The position numbers and the translations under genes are program-made. Shown here piece after piece: positions 25,480 to 39,716 of a stretch of DNA of 64,000 nucleotides (position 1 is the first letter of the stretch; every line of letters starts with the position of its first letter). The notes beneath the pieces were generated by a model. It was not told the origin of the DNA. It worked only from the letters and a program-made list of their open reading frames with translations, and made no database searches. The DNA is from Cetorhinus maximus (Eukaryota). The stretch spans positions 39,184,001 to 39,248,000 of the forward strand of contig NC_135896.1 of assembly GCF_964194155.1 (NCBI RefSeq), given 5' to 3'.

Positions 25480-25935
25480 CAACTGTGGATCGTTTGGCAG
25501 CATTCTCACCTTTGAGTCAAAAGGTTGTGGATTCAAGTCCTACTTCAGGACTTGAGCACAAATATCAAGGCTGATACTTTGGTGCAATACTGAATGCTGC
25601 ACGTGGAGGTTTCATTTTTTGGATGAGATATTAAACCAAGGCCCTGTCTGCCTTCTCAGGTGGATGCAAAATTTCCCATGGCGCTATTTCAAAGAGGAGT
25701 AGGGGAGGTATTCCCCGTGTCCTGTCCAATATTTATCCCTCAATCAACATTCAAAATCACAAGAAAATAGCATTATCTGGTCACAACTGCACTGCTATTC
25801 ACAGCAGTTTGCTATGTGCAAATTGGCTGTTGCTTTTCCTACATTAGAACAGTGACTACACTTCAAAAGTATATTATTGGCTGTAAAGCACTTTGGATGT
25901 CCTGTGGTTGTGCAAGGTGCTATATAAATGCAAGG
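25480..25935 (+). mobile_element. DeuSINE-like SINE (SacSINE1/AmnSINE1-related)
   Basis: tRNA-like head (tggcagcattctcacctttgagtc...ggattcaagtcc), Deu core (aaaccaaggccctgtctgcc...cccatggcgctatttc...aatatttatccctcaa) and tail actacacttcaaaag...tatataaatgcaag. Related copies at 28100-28480 (+), 33115-33515 (-), 33755-34200 (-) and 48600-49140 (+). Confidence 0.7.
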
Positions 25936-28716
25936 GCTCTCCCTATGTCCTTCTTGTATCCATTCTCAATTTTTCCCTGCACTATATTTTTCCTATTTTT
26001 GACTGCGTTTGGTATCGGTCATTTGTCATGACCCTCCTTTTTCTGTTTTATTTTAACCTCAATTTTCTTTGTCATTTGGGAAGTTCCGGGTTTGGATTCC
26101 ATATATTTTCCTTAAGAGAATAACTTGATTTCTACCCAAACTATCTCCACCTTGAGGCATGCCATGACTGGGTTACTGTTTTCCTGGATAATCTTTGTTT
26201 CCAGTTCACTAAAACTGGCTCACATCCAGTTGGACACTTTAACTGCCGATTTTTCTTGGTCCCTTTCCAAAACTACTTTAAACTTAATTATACTATGATC
26301 ATTATTACTCGGATGTACTCCCACTACAGCACACACCACCTGCCCTATTTCCTTCCCCAGAACTAGATCCAGCATTGCTCCTTTCCTTGTTTGATTAGAA
26401 ATATACAGGAAGTTCTCCAGTACGCATTTTAACTATTCTTCACCCCTAACTTTCCCTTTACTGTGTCCACCACCTCTCCCCACCCCCACCCCCCCCAACC
26501 AGTCAATATCTGAGTAATTGAAATTCCCTATTATCTCCTTTTTTTTTAACATTTCTGTGAAAATTTCCTAGATTTGCTCATTCATCTCCTTCCCACTACC
26601 TAGGGTTTGTACTAAACACCCCTGCAATGGAAAAGCTTTTCAGTTCATTAACTTTAACCAAATAAATTTAGTCACTGAACCCTCTAGTATATTGTCCCAC
26701 TGTAGAACTGTAATATCCTTCATTAATCTCTGTCACCATGTATCCGACCAACCCCACCCGCCCATCTTTCTTCCTTCCCTATTTCTCCTGAATAAACTGT
26801 AGCTAAGAATGCTTGGTTTTCATTCCCACCCATGTTTAAGCCAGGTCTCCATTACAGCCAGCATATAAACCCACATAGTAATTTGCACCTGTAAGTTTGT
26901 CAACCTTATCTGTAACAGTCCTTGCATTAACACACACACATTCCAATACCATGCCAGATCAGTTTAAACCCTCCTCCATGGGCAGAATGTTGTTCAGGTA
27001 CAAACTGTTTCTCTCAGAACTGGTCCCAATGCTCCAGGAATCTGAAGTCCTCCCTCCTGCATCACATCTGCAAGTACACAGTCATCTGCGCTATCCTCCC
27101 ATTTCTGTACTTATTAACACGTAGGACTAAAAACAATTACCATCTTTGAGATTTTGTCCTAAAATCTTTTACCTAGCTCATGAAACTCTGCTTCTAGGAT
27201 CTCTTCCTTTTCCTATCTATGTCATTGGTTCCAACGTGAACCACAACTTCTGGCTGTTACCCCTGCCTTTGGAGAATGCCCTGTGCCTGTTGAGTGATAT
27301 TTAGTAGCACTGAAATCAGAATAAAACATGCTAAAGTTGTACAGTACTCGTCAGGCAACACATGGGAGCACCGTGTCCAGTGGTTGTTTCCAATGCAATC
27401 TCACTCTGTTGTACTGTTGAAAAGAGCCTCAAGCCCCAAGTGTTACAGAACTGAAGGAGGAAAGGTGGGATAACCTTGACGCTTCAGGTTTAGAACAAGA
27501 CAACGGCACGTCGACCTTATATAAGGTATCAAATGGTATGAAATAAATTTGAAGCATGACTTCAAAGTTTGCTATGAAAATAACAATAACAAATAACAAG
27601 TAAAATAACAAGTGAGCAAACTGAACAAAAACAAATTAAGAGGTTAAGGAATTCTATATATACAAAGAATGGTTAATATTCAAATGTACATCAGGGTAGG
27701 GTGGGGAGGCAAAGCCCTTGAGGTAATTTAAGAGACAGTAGGGTGGGATGATTGGGGATATTTTTTTTTACATGAATCAATTAAGATAGGCCAAATAACC
27801 TTCTTCATCCAGATTTATCTTATGATCTTGGGATGTAACTTGCAACAAATTTTCTACAAATGTGCCACCTCGATGTTATAAACATCATCAATAATGGCAT
27901 GCAAATATATTGAATATCCTCATTAAAGTGCAAAATATCTTTGAAAGTAATATTTCAGCATTGTTTTAGCTTCTAGTATGTGATAACGTCATTTATATTT
28001 AACTACATTAAGCTTTCGCAGAGATTTTAAAAATTTCACCAATTAAGGCGCTGATTTGTTTTGGAGTATGGATACCTTGTCCAAGTTGCATTCTTCATGT
28101 GTCAGCCTTCGCTCACTGGTAGCACTCTCACCTGTGGCAGGTGATAGTTAATTCAAGTCCCACACCAGAGACCTCAGCAAAATGCAAGCTGGCACTTCAG
28201 TGCAATACTGAGGGAATGACTGTTGGAGGTTCCGTATTTTAGACAAGATGCTAAACAGAGACTTCATCTGATTTTCAGATCACACAAAATATCCCATTGC
28301 ACAATTCAAAGAACATGGAAATTATCCGAAAACTGATCTATGTCATTGCTTTTGTGGGAACTTGGTGTGCAAATTAGGTGCCACACTTGTCGACATTACA
28401 ACAACATTTCAAATGTATTTCATTGGCTATGAAGCTCTTTGTGACATCCACGGATGTGAAAGCTGCTACATAAATGTAACGTTAGTTCACGCAAGTGAGT
28501 AGTGGCAAGATTTTCAAACAGGGACATAAGGGCCAAGTTTAATTATTCTCACTTTTCAGCCCCAGTTGAGATCAGCTAACTTAGCACATGAGAGTTTCTT
28601 GGCCTGTATTGTTCAGTACCACACTGGGCAATGTGCTGAGTCATGAGAGCTTCAAGTGATATTTTTACTGCATTAAGTATAGGATTTATATATAAAAGCT
28701 GAAGCAGAGTCACTAT

Positions 28717-29460
28717 ATGCAAGTTACATTCACGCCACGCAGGTGCCAGGCAATGACCATCTGCAACAAGAGAGAATCTAACCATCTGTCCTTGATATTC
28801 AATGGCATTACCATTGCTGAATTACCAGCTATCAACATTCTGGGAGTTATCATTGACCAGAAACTGAACTGGACCAGCCATATAAATACTATGGCTACAA
28901 GAGCAGGTCAGAGACTGGGAATTTTGTGTCGAGTAACTCACCTCCTGACTCCCTAAAGCCTGTCAACCATCTACAAGACACAAGTCAGGAGTATGTTGGA
29001 ATACTCTCCATTTGCCTGGATGTGTGCAGCTTGCAACACCACGCAAAACAAAGCAGCCTGCTGGATTGGCACCCCATCCACCACTGACACACAGTGGCAG
29101 CAGTGTGTACCATTTACAAGTTGCACTGCAGCAACTCGCCAATGCTCCTTTAATTACACCTTCCAAACCCGTGACCTCTACTACTTAGTTGAACAAGGGC
29201 AGCAGATGAAGGGAACACCACCACTTGCAAGTTTTCCTCATAGTCATACAACATCCTGACTTGGAAATAGATCATTCCTTCACTGTCTCTGGGTCAAAAT
29301 CTTGTAACTCCCTCCCTAAGAAAACTGCGGCTGTACCGACACTACATGGACCGCAGAGGTTCAAGTAGGCAGCTCACCATCACCTTATCAAGGGCAACTG
29401 AGGATGGGCAATAAATGCTGGCCTTGCCAGCAATGCTCACATCCCAAGAACGAATGAAAA
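28717..29460 (+). mobile_element. CR1/L2-clade LINE 3' end
   Basis: ORFs INILGVIIDQKLNWTSHIN...RAGQRLGIL and MLEYSPFAW; tail gatgggcaataaatgctggccttgccagcaatgctcacatccca. Confidence 0.8.
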
Positions 29461-30090
29461 AAAGGATAGACTTACAGATTTTTGATGTCTGCTTAAGGGC
29501 AACTTTAAGCAAGCCCTTGTAAACAGATTTATTGTAGAGTGAAGATGCATTGATTTCTAAGAAAAGTTGATGTATCCTGTGCATATGAATGTAGTAAACG
29601 TAGATAATTCTATGTTGCTAGGCAATTTAGATCACAGCAGCTCCATTATTTCACTGATGATATCATAATAAAGCAAACGCCACTATAGATGACAAGTTAT
29701 GAGTACCACCACCTATTTTAATGATAAATTTTTAAAATTACTTCTATCTCCTTTTTAAACATTTCCCACATTACAGAGACAAAAAGACAAGTAGGAAAAA
29801 TACTTCAACATCTCTGCCAATGCCACGGTGTAAAGAGCTGCAGAAAGGTGTGTGTGACCTGGAAAATTCAGTGACTTTTCCATTTATCTCTCCCTAATAT
29901 AATATAATATAAATTATATTGTCTATCATTTCAAAGTTCAAACGTGGTGAATTGCAGTAATAATTACTGATGAAATAGTAGGAGTTTTATTTTTAAAAAA
30001 AACTTGAGACTAAACTGAAAATGACGAGTTTTTTTTAAAAGCGGTTTGACAATTTTATTATTCAAATCAAATTAAACAATCCGCTAGTGT

Positions 30091-30453
<363 letters not shown>

Positions 30454-31679
30454 TCACCCCTTACTATTTTTGAAAGGAAAAAATGTTGTTTGACAAATTA
30501 CTATTGTTTTTGTTGTGAATGAATAAAATAGCCTTCCAAAATGTAATCTGTTCGCTTTCATTTAGATCATTGAACCATTGCAATGTGGTAGGTAGATTTC
30601 TTGTTCCTAGCCATCAAGCTTTCACTTAGAACTGGATAACAGTACATTGCTGTGAAATTTTTCCTCCTTACTGAGATCCTTTGTCTTGAAGAACTTCTAT
30701 GAACGTCATAAGTCGTCATTTGGAATTCCATGGGTTGGATATTCTCCATAATACCCATTTTAAGGGCTGGACCTTATTTTCACTGGGCGGCTGGCTGTGG
30801 CCAGAAATCAAGTGCCCTGGACTGCCACGGTATTGACTGGCCCTCAACTAGAGGAATGTGGGTTCTTAAGGGATGTAGGGGGACTGATCTACAAAGGGGA
30901 GAGCAGTAGCAGCCGCGCTAAACTTCTGGAGCCTGGAGCAACACTCCTGCTCCTCACTATTTCAAAAAAAAATGAAAAGGAACTTACTTCGGCATCTTCT
31001 CCAGACTGCCACTTGATGGTGGTCAGAAACAGCAGTCGGATTCCTATGTGCGCCATAGTGCCATTATTAGTAATTTAAATAGGCCTGCTCCCCGACTCAG
31101 GGTCTGGTGGCTCTTGTTGCTGGGCAGCGAGACTGGGGAAATAATGCTGCAGCTATTTCTGAGTTTGCTGTCCCATTTCTACCGGGTTGGAGATTTAAGA
31201 ATTCACCCTATGTACTGGGCCTAAAACCCTCAAACTACTATTCAGTACCTTAGCACATTTATACACCTATATTCTTTACTACCACACTATATTCTCCAGT
31301 GCCCTATGTTAAAAATTGAAGTTACATGCGAATGGGTATTTCCCATCTGGCATAACTAGATAGGGAGCCCACTGGTTTGTTAGAACTCATGCCTAGTGCT
31401 AGATGTAGAACACATTGGTTTAATGCACTGCCACAAACACTTAAGCTTCATTCCTTAAAAATCACCCCGCCATCAGAACTAGATTACACAAGTGAACAGT
31501 TGATGATTAACAATTAACAGTCGACCAGATTTACAAAGTTGCAAACAAATTCTAATCATAAAATTCTATTATACTATGTTCTGAAGCAAGGTGCAAAATA
31601 CCTTCAAATGTATTGAAGAAATTGATATCAGGAATACAGCAGCACTGAAGCACTGGCTCAGGTCAGGCTACACCTCAAA

Positions 31680-32885
31680 TACTATAACAAAAGTAAAATA
31701 TTGTGAATACCGGACATCTGAAAAAAAAAACGATGCTGAAAACAATCAGGTCAGGCAACACCAGTGGAGAAACAGTTAACATTTCAAATTAATGACTTTC
31801 CCCTCCATTATAGTTTCTACTTCTTGCACTTCAGCCCTCACCTCTTCCCCTCCCTCTCCATGATAGTGCCCCCCCTTGTCCTTATCTTCCACATTCACGG
31901 ATCATCCTTTATTTCTGCCACCACCATCAAAATACATCTCCCCTCCCCTTTCATCATTCCAAAGGGATTCTGTTCTTGCTCCCGAGTCCATTCTTCTATC
32001 TTCCCAGTACCTATACATGCAAGCACAAGAGGTGAAACACTTATGCTTTTACCTCCTCCCTTCACAGCCTCCGGAGCCCCAAACACTCCTCCTGAGTAAA
32101 ACAGTGATTGACATGTACTTATTCCAGAGTGATTGCTTTGCTAATCACCTCAGTATGACTCTGAGCTTCTGGTCACTGGCCACTTTAATTCTCCATTCCA
32201 TTCTGACCTTTCTGTCTTTGGCTTCCTACACTGTTCCAATGAAGCTCAATAGGAATTTGAGGAGCGGCACCCCATTTTTTTTTTAAACTTGCCACGTCAC
32301 AGCCTAAACACTGAGCTTAACAACACTGGATCTCAACCACCCTCCCACTCTCTCTGAGACAACATGCTTTGGACTCGGAGGGTGCCTGCAGCAGAGCCAC
32401 GAAGAGTAGAGATATGAGTTAATGTTCGGATGGCGATCACCTACTGGAACATGGCCAGTAGGGTGGTTTGCACCCCTGAGATTTTTCTGTCCTTCTTAGT
32501 GACTTTCTGACTATAGCAACCCTCCCTGCTTTGACAGATTTTCCAGGGTTTCCCTCTCCTTCCCCCCACTGTTATTCTCCTGTTTACACTTCCTCTGGAC
32601 CCATTGCATCCTTTTCTTGTGACCACTAGCATCCCATTATGCCTTGTACCATCATCTACTTAGTTATTTAATCACTCTTCCCCTCCACCCTCTCACTGAC
32701 CTTTCCCTTTTGCTCCTTCCCTGCCTACTTCCACTTTCCCTTAGTTCTGCAATTGCTTAAAAATAGTTCATCAATACCTCTTTCAGTTCTGATGAAAAGG
32801 GCATTGGCCTGAAACACTGACTTTGTTTCCCTCCTCACAGGTGCTACCTGACCTCCTAAGTGTTTCCAGCATTTTTGTTTTCTCA
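31680..32885. mobile_element. Cluster of PLE terminal/3' fragments in both orientations
   Basis: Terminal motifs at about 31690-31800 (-), 32370-32460 (-) and 32784-32880 (+; CTGATGA...GAAA). The segment ctgttccaatgaagctcaa near 32232 is shared with 909-927. Confidence 0.55.
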
Positions 32886-35800
32886 AATAGTGTGTTCCGT
32901 TCTGCTCAGCAAGATATAACAAACATCCGAGTTCTAGAAATGGTGCGGAGAAGAGTCATGAGGTGTCAAGGAACTGTGTTTTATGAGTAAAGGTTAGAAA
33001 AACTCTTCAGTTCTGAAGGAGGCAAATAAGAGGAGGCTTTATAGAGGTATACATGATACTATGTGAAATAGAAAAGATAAACTCTGACAATTTCAAGTTA
33101 TATCACAACTACAGGAAAAGAAAGACTTGCATTTAAATAGCAATTCTCAGGACCACATAATATCTCAAAGCACTTTGCAGCCAGTGAAGTACTTCTGAAG
33201 TGTAGTCACTGTTGTAATGTAGAAAACATGGCAGCCAATTTGCACACAGCATGCTCCCACAAACAGCAATGTGATAATGACCAGATAATCTTTTTGTGAT
33301 GCTGATTCAGGGATAAACATTGGCCAGGGCACCTGGGATAACTTCCTTGCTCTTAGTTTCGTGGGATCTTTTTCTCTGGGAGAGCAATTAAAAACTCATT
33401 AAATATCTCATCCAAAAGGCTGCACTTCCAGTAAAACAGCACTCCCTCGGTACTACAGTGGAGCCTGAACTTGATTCTGACTGAGGCAAGAGTGCTACCA
33501 ACTGAGCTACAGCTATGACTGACAAAACAGGGACAAACCAGTAAAAGGAAGAGTTTCAAACTGATGTTAGGAAGCACTTCTTCACAGTAAAAGAAATTAC
33601 TGCTCCTCAGGCTAAGATATTAGAGGCAGATACTTAAGACATTCAAGAGCAGTGAAATGGGGGTGGGCAACAGGAAAGAGAAATGGGGGCACAGGTCAGT
33701 GAGGGATGGAGTGCCGTAGGTATTTATGGCAGGAAGAGCCAGGTGAGCCATAAAAAGAAAAAGACTTGCATTTATATCGTGCTTTTCATAGCCACTGGAT
33801 GACTCAAATTACAACCAATGAAGTGTAGTCACTGCTGTAATGTAGGAAATGCTGAAGCCAATATGCACTCAGAAAACTCCCACACAAACAGCAATGTGAT
33901 AATGACCAAATAATTTGTTTTTTGTGATGTCGGCTAAGGGATAAATATTGGCCACAACACCAAAGGCAACTCCCCTGATCACCTTCGAAATAGTGCCATG
34001 GGATCTTTTGCATCCACACAAGCAGTCGGACTGGGCTTTGCTTTAATGTCTCATCCGAAAGACAGCACCTCCAACAGTGCATTGCTCCCTCCATCCTGCA
34101 CTGGAGTGCAGCCTTGATTTGTGTGTTCAAGCCCTGGAGTGGGACTTGAACCCAGAACCTTGTGACTCAGAGGCAAGTGTGCTACCAAATGAGCTTTGGT
34201 TGACACCATATGGCTCTCCTAATCTGTATTTCTCTTTGCAATCTTTGTGAAAATGCAGGCAAGTTGCATACATTTTACATACAAGAGGTACAGTGTGCTT
34301 TATCATAGGAGCTACATTGTTAGCCAACTGATCACAATGAATATCACCAAAATTATAGTAAACAGATTTAACATCGACAAAGATCTCCCTTGGCAGTCTG
34401 GAGTGTGGGACACAGGTATGATGTTCATTCAACATGTCCCTTTAAGGTTATTGCTCAAGTACTGCTTGTGAGATTCTTGTAAATTGCTGATGTCACTTAG
34501 AGGTCAGTGATTGCAAGAATGTAAGCAGTGCAAAATTAATTTGTAGACAAACTAAGACAAACAGGTGCATAACTGTAGTTTAAAAGTGATGTCTGTTTTC
34601 ACTTCTATCTATGATACCTTATTTCCTATTGTCAGCTTTTCCTATATACATTAGTGTATTCACTTATAGAAACTGCCTATGTAAACTTGCCACGCTGAAA
34701 TTACATCCTCACAGCCCCAGTGGTACTGCAGAGATTTAATTTTGTTCCCAGCTCCTTAGTCTATAGAATTATTCACTCTATTGTCCAGCCCGCTGAGAGT
34801 TGCTAATGATCTCACCCCCCTGCTCTTTCCCCAGAATCTTGCATTTTTTCCTCCATTTTAAGTAGAGACCCCAATTCCCTTTTGAAAGTTAAAATTGAAT
34901 GTGCTTCCACTACCCTTTCAGGCAAGCACTCCACATCATTAACACTCGTTGAGTAAACTAAATTCTCATCTCCCCCTTTTTTTAATATAAAGAAACTCCT
35001 GTGCTCCTACTAACGCTATTTTGCTGCTTCCCAAATTGCTGCAAGTTTCAGTAATTAACCATAAATTGCAAAATATTAGTCTTGAACAAAATAAGGACCA
35101 AATGTATGACTTTAAATGGTGACTGAATTACATCTGTGCACTTTATTTCAATTATGCCCATTCTCTGATCTTGCTTGACTTGAAGAAAACACTTGGTCTT
35201 TACTCCGCGTGTATAATGCAATAGGAGATGAACACACAACATAAATGTTGCATACACACAAGTGCATTATTTGACTTGTAGGGTCAAAGGAGATGAGGTA
35301 CTGACAGGGCCAGACTCTGTCCTGAGCACAGGAAAAGCCAAGTGGAATGGGAATTGTAAAATTTGGTAAATATCCATAGTAGAGATTGGCGTAGGAAATC
35401 CATTAATCTCAAATCAATAAGTACTCAAATCAATAAGTATCTTATTTTTATAATAAATAATCTATTTTAGGGCCTTTTCTTTATTTCTACACAAGGAAAA
35501 AAGGCTACTACACATAAAAGATATGAATGAGATTTAAACTGTAGAGTTCACTGACTAAACTGATATAGTAATGTTACTTGATTAAGTTTTCTCAGTATTT
35601 ATGCCCATTATCAGAATATCTTTAGGACTACAGCAGCTTCTATTCCATCATTTGCTGGCATCAGCTTGAAACTATTGGCTATGGACAATAATACAACATC
35701 TACAAGTCCCAAGAAAGCATCCATAACAAGTACAACAGCAAAATCTGGCGACAACGGAAGGATATCATACAAGTTGATGCCATGCCATGTTCACTATTTG

Positions 35801-38800
35801 TAACATTCTAGTATTCTAATAGTTTGGCATCTGATTTGTGCATTGGTAAGTGAGAATAGACATAAACTGAGATTCCTGTTGTATTAAGGATATAACGTAT
35901 GTATAGATCATAAGATCTAAGAAATAGGAGGAGGAGGCCATTTGGCCCATCAAGCTTGTTCCGCCATTCAATATAAACATATGAATTAGGAGTAGGCCAT
36001 TTGGCCCCGCGAGCCTGCTCCACCATTCAATAAAATCATATCTGATTGTAACCTCAACTCCACATTCCCACGATAGCCTTTCACCCCCTTGCTTATAAAG
36101 AATCTATCTGCCTCTGCCTTAAAAATATTCAAAGACTGAGGAACAGTTCCAAAGACTCACGACCCTCAGAAAAAAAGTCTCCTCATCTCTGTCTTAAATG
36201 GGTGACTCCTTATTTTAAACAGTGGCCCCTTGTTCTAGATTCTTCCACAAGAGGAAACATCCTCTCCGCATCCACCCTATCAAGATTCCTCAGGATCTTA
36301 TATGTTTCAATCAAGTTGCCTCTTACTCTTCTGAACTCCAGTGGATACAGGCCTAGCCTGTCCAACTTTTCCTCATAAGACAACGTGTCCATTCCAGGTA
36401 TGAGTCGAGTAAACCTTCTCTGAACTGCTTCTAATGTATTTACATGCTTCCTTAAATTAGACCAATGCTGTACACAGTACTCCAGGTGTGATCTCATCAA
36501 TGCCCTATACCTGAAGCATAACCTCTCTACTTTTGCATTCAATTCCCCTTGCAATAAATGATAACATTCTATTAGCTTTCCTAATTGATTGCTGTACCAG
36601 CATACTAACCTTCTGCGATTCATGCACTAGGACACCCAGGTCCATATGCATTTCGGAGCTCTGCAATCTCTCACCATTTAGGTAATATGCTTTTTATTCT
36701 TCCTGCCGAAATGGACAATTTCAGGCTTTTCCACATTATACTCCATGTGCCAGATCTTTGCCCACTCACTTAACCTATCTATATCCCTTTGTAGCCTCAT
36801 GTCCTCTTCACAACTTACTTTCCCACCTACCTTCGTGTCATCAGCAAATTTAGCAACCATACTTTCATCCAAGTTGTTTATATAATTTGTAAGCAGTTGA
36901 GGCCCCAGCACTGATCCCTGTGGGCATACCACTCATTACATCTTGCTAACCAGAAAATTACCAATTTATGCCTACTCTGTTTCCTGTTAGCTAGCCAATC
37001 TTCTATCTATGCCAATATTTTACTCCCTACACCATGAGCTTTTATTTCCCACAATAAGTTTTGATGTGGCACCTTATCAAGTGTCTTCTGGAAATCCAAG
37101 TACAGTCCACTGATTCCCCTTTATCCACAGCATCTGTGACTTCTTCAAAGAACTCCAATAAATTGGTTAGACATGATTTCCCTTTCCAAAACCATGTTAA
37201 CTTTGCCTGATTACCTTGATTTTTTTCTAAGTGTCCTGCTATAACATCTTTAATAATAGTTTTTTGTTCTTCAAAAGAAAAAATTTAACAACAGTCATGA
37301 ATAAGCATGCAAAAAAGCTTACTGTGCAGCAATAATTCAATACACTTACATTTGGAAGAGAAAAAGAAGGAAAGGAAAAGAGGAGCAGGAAGAAGAAAAA
37401 TGGAAAAAAAAAAACCCCTCCCTAACCCCCCCAAAAATAAACAATAAAATGAACAACAATCATAGGTCAGGTATAGGTTCACCTGATATTTATGAAACTT
37501 ATATGAAAGCAGAGAGCTGTAGTTCTTCAAAGTAATCTAGGGATAGTTGCCAAGCTACATAAAAATCCATCAGTGGAGCCTCTTATAGTGTACTTAATTT
37601 TCTCAAGTTTAAGATTCTGCATAAGATCGCGTTTCCAATTAGTAAAAGGCGGCAGGGCAAACTGCTTCCAATTTAATAGAATAATATGTTTAGCCAATCA
37701 TTTTGAAAAGGCGAGTACATCAGTCTCAATTTTTATAAGAGGGGTGGCATTTGGTTCCACTCCAAAGAGTGCTGTAATGGGAGAAGGTTCAATGTTATGA
37801 GAGCAATCTAAAAATTTTTTCCCAAAACAAAGCCAATTTAGGACACGACCAGTACATATGAATTAGAGAAGCTGGGGCAGTATGACATTTATCACAGGCT
37901 GGATTAAAATTTGGATAAATCTTAGATAATTTCACCTTGGATAAATGGATATGATGTAAGATTTTAAATTGTAGCAACCCATGTCTTGCACATACAGATG
38001 AGGAATGTATACGAGAGAGAGAATAGACTTATCTTCTGATAAGTCTGAATCAAAATCTTGCTTCCTATGAGTTTTTAAGGTAGGAAGTGAAGGGCAGTGC
38101 ATCAAAAAAATTAGAGAATACAATTTGGAAATTAACCCCCTAACAAAAGGATTTAATTCTAACATAATATCTATCAGTGATTTATGGGGCAATAAAGGAA
38201 ACCGGGCGATTTTTTTGCATGCAAAATCTCTGATTTGTAAATAGCGAAAGAAGTGTGTGTGGGGTAGGCCATATTTACAAGAGTCAAAAGAAGCAAAAAT
38301 ATTATCAATGTACAAGTTAGCAAGGGTTTTTACACCTCTCACGTGCCAGACTTGAAAGGCAGAATCTCCTAATGAAGATGGAAATAAATGGTTTGCATTA
38401 ATAGGGCTGTATAGTGAGAGATTGCAGCCCAAAGTGTGTTCTGATCTGGGCTCAAATCTTAAGTGACTGTCTAACAATAGAGTTTGAAGAAAAGTGACTG
38501 GTTGAGAAAGGAATGGATGAGCACAACAGAGCAGGCAAAGATATGGATCGACACGAGGGGTGCCTCCAATTGCACCCATGCTAAGCTAAGCGAGTCCAAA
38601 TGAAGCCAAAAAATAAAATTATGGATATTAGCAGACCAATAATAAAACTAAAAATTTGGCAGTGCAAAACCACCTAAATGCTTGGGACTTTGTAGAAAAA
38701 CGAAGAATTCTGGGTGTTTTTTATTCCAAATAAAGGAAGCATTGCAACAAAAAAATGTTTCGAAATAAACAATGGAATGCACTGAAATAAGTATAGAAAT

Positions 38801-39357
38801 TTTGGCAAAATATTTATCTTTACAGAATTTATATGACCAACTAAAGAAAGGGGTAAGCTAGACCAATGTGCGAAGTCCTCCTTCATACGTTTCAACAAAG
38901 GGTCAAAGGTGAGCTTAAAAAGGTCTCCAAGGGATCGAGTAACTAAAATGCCTAAGTGTTTAAAACAGTTTACTTGAAGGGACGGGAAGAAGGTAATTCT
39001 TTGCAATAGAGTTAATAGGAAAAATTTCATTCTTATGCAATTTAATTTTAAAACCTGAAATATGACCAAATTGCTTAAGAATAGAGAAAATATGTAGGAG
39101 ACACGAGGCCGGATCAGAGATGTAAAGAAGCAGGTCATCAGCATATAGGGAGAGTTTCTGCCCGACTCCACCCTGTATAACACCCTGTAATATCTTCACA
39201 GGTCCGCAGTGAAATTGCCAGGGGTTCAATAGCAATAGCGAAAAGTAGCGGGGGGGGGGGGGGGGGGGAAGAGGCAGCCTTGTCTAGTACCTCGATGGAG
39301 GTCAAAGAGTTTAGAGTGGATATTATTTGCATGTATAATAGGTGATAGCGTAGTTTA

Positions 39358-39716
39358 GGGGAGGCAATAGCATTGTGGTATTGTTGCTGGACTAGTAATC
39401 CAGAGACCCCAGGGTAATGCTCTGGGGACCCAGGTTTGAATCCTGCCACGGCAGATTGTGGAATTTGAATTCAATAATAATCTGGAATTAAAAGTCTAAT
39501 GATGATCATGATTGTCGATTGTTGTAAAAACCCCTCTGGTTCACTAATGTCATTTAGGGAGGGAAATCTGCCATCCTTACCTGGTCTGGCCTACATGTGA
39601 CTCCAGACCCACAGCAATGACTCTTAAATGCTCTCTGAAAAAAGACAATTAGGGGATAGGCAATAAATGCTGACCTGGCCAGCGACGCCCACATCCCATG
39701 GACAAATTTTTAAAAA
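39358..39716 (+). mobile_element. tRNA-derived SINE with a LINE-derived 3' tail, inserted into the L1 RT
   Basis: A/B-box-like head (tagcattgtggta...ggtttgaatcc). Its 3' tail gcaataaatgctgacctggccagcgacgcccacatccca matches the LINE 3' end at 29400-29446. Confidence 0.75.

Noticed and set aside
39250-39268. Poly-G run in L1 RT motif B
   Set aside because: Homopolymer expansion or sequencing artefact in a dead element.
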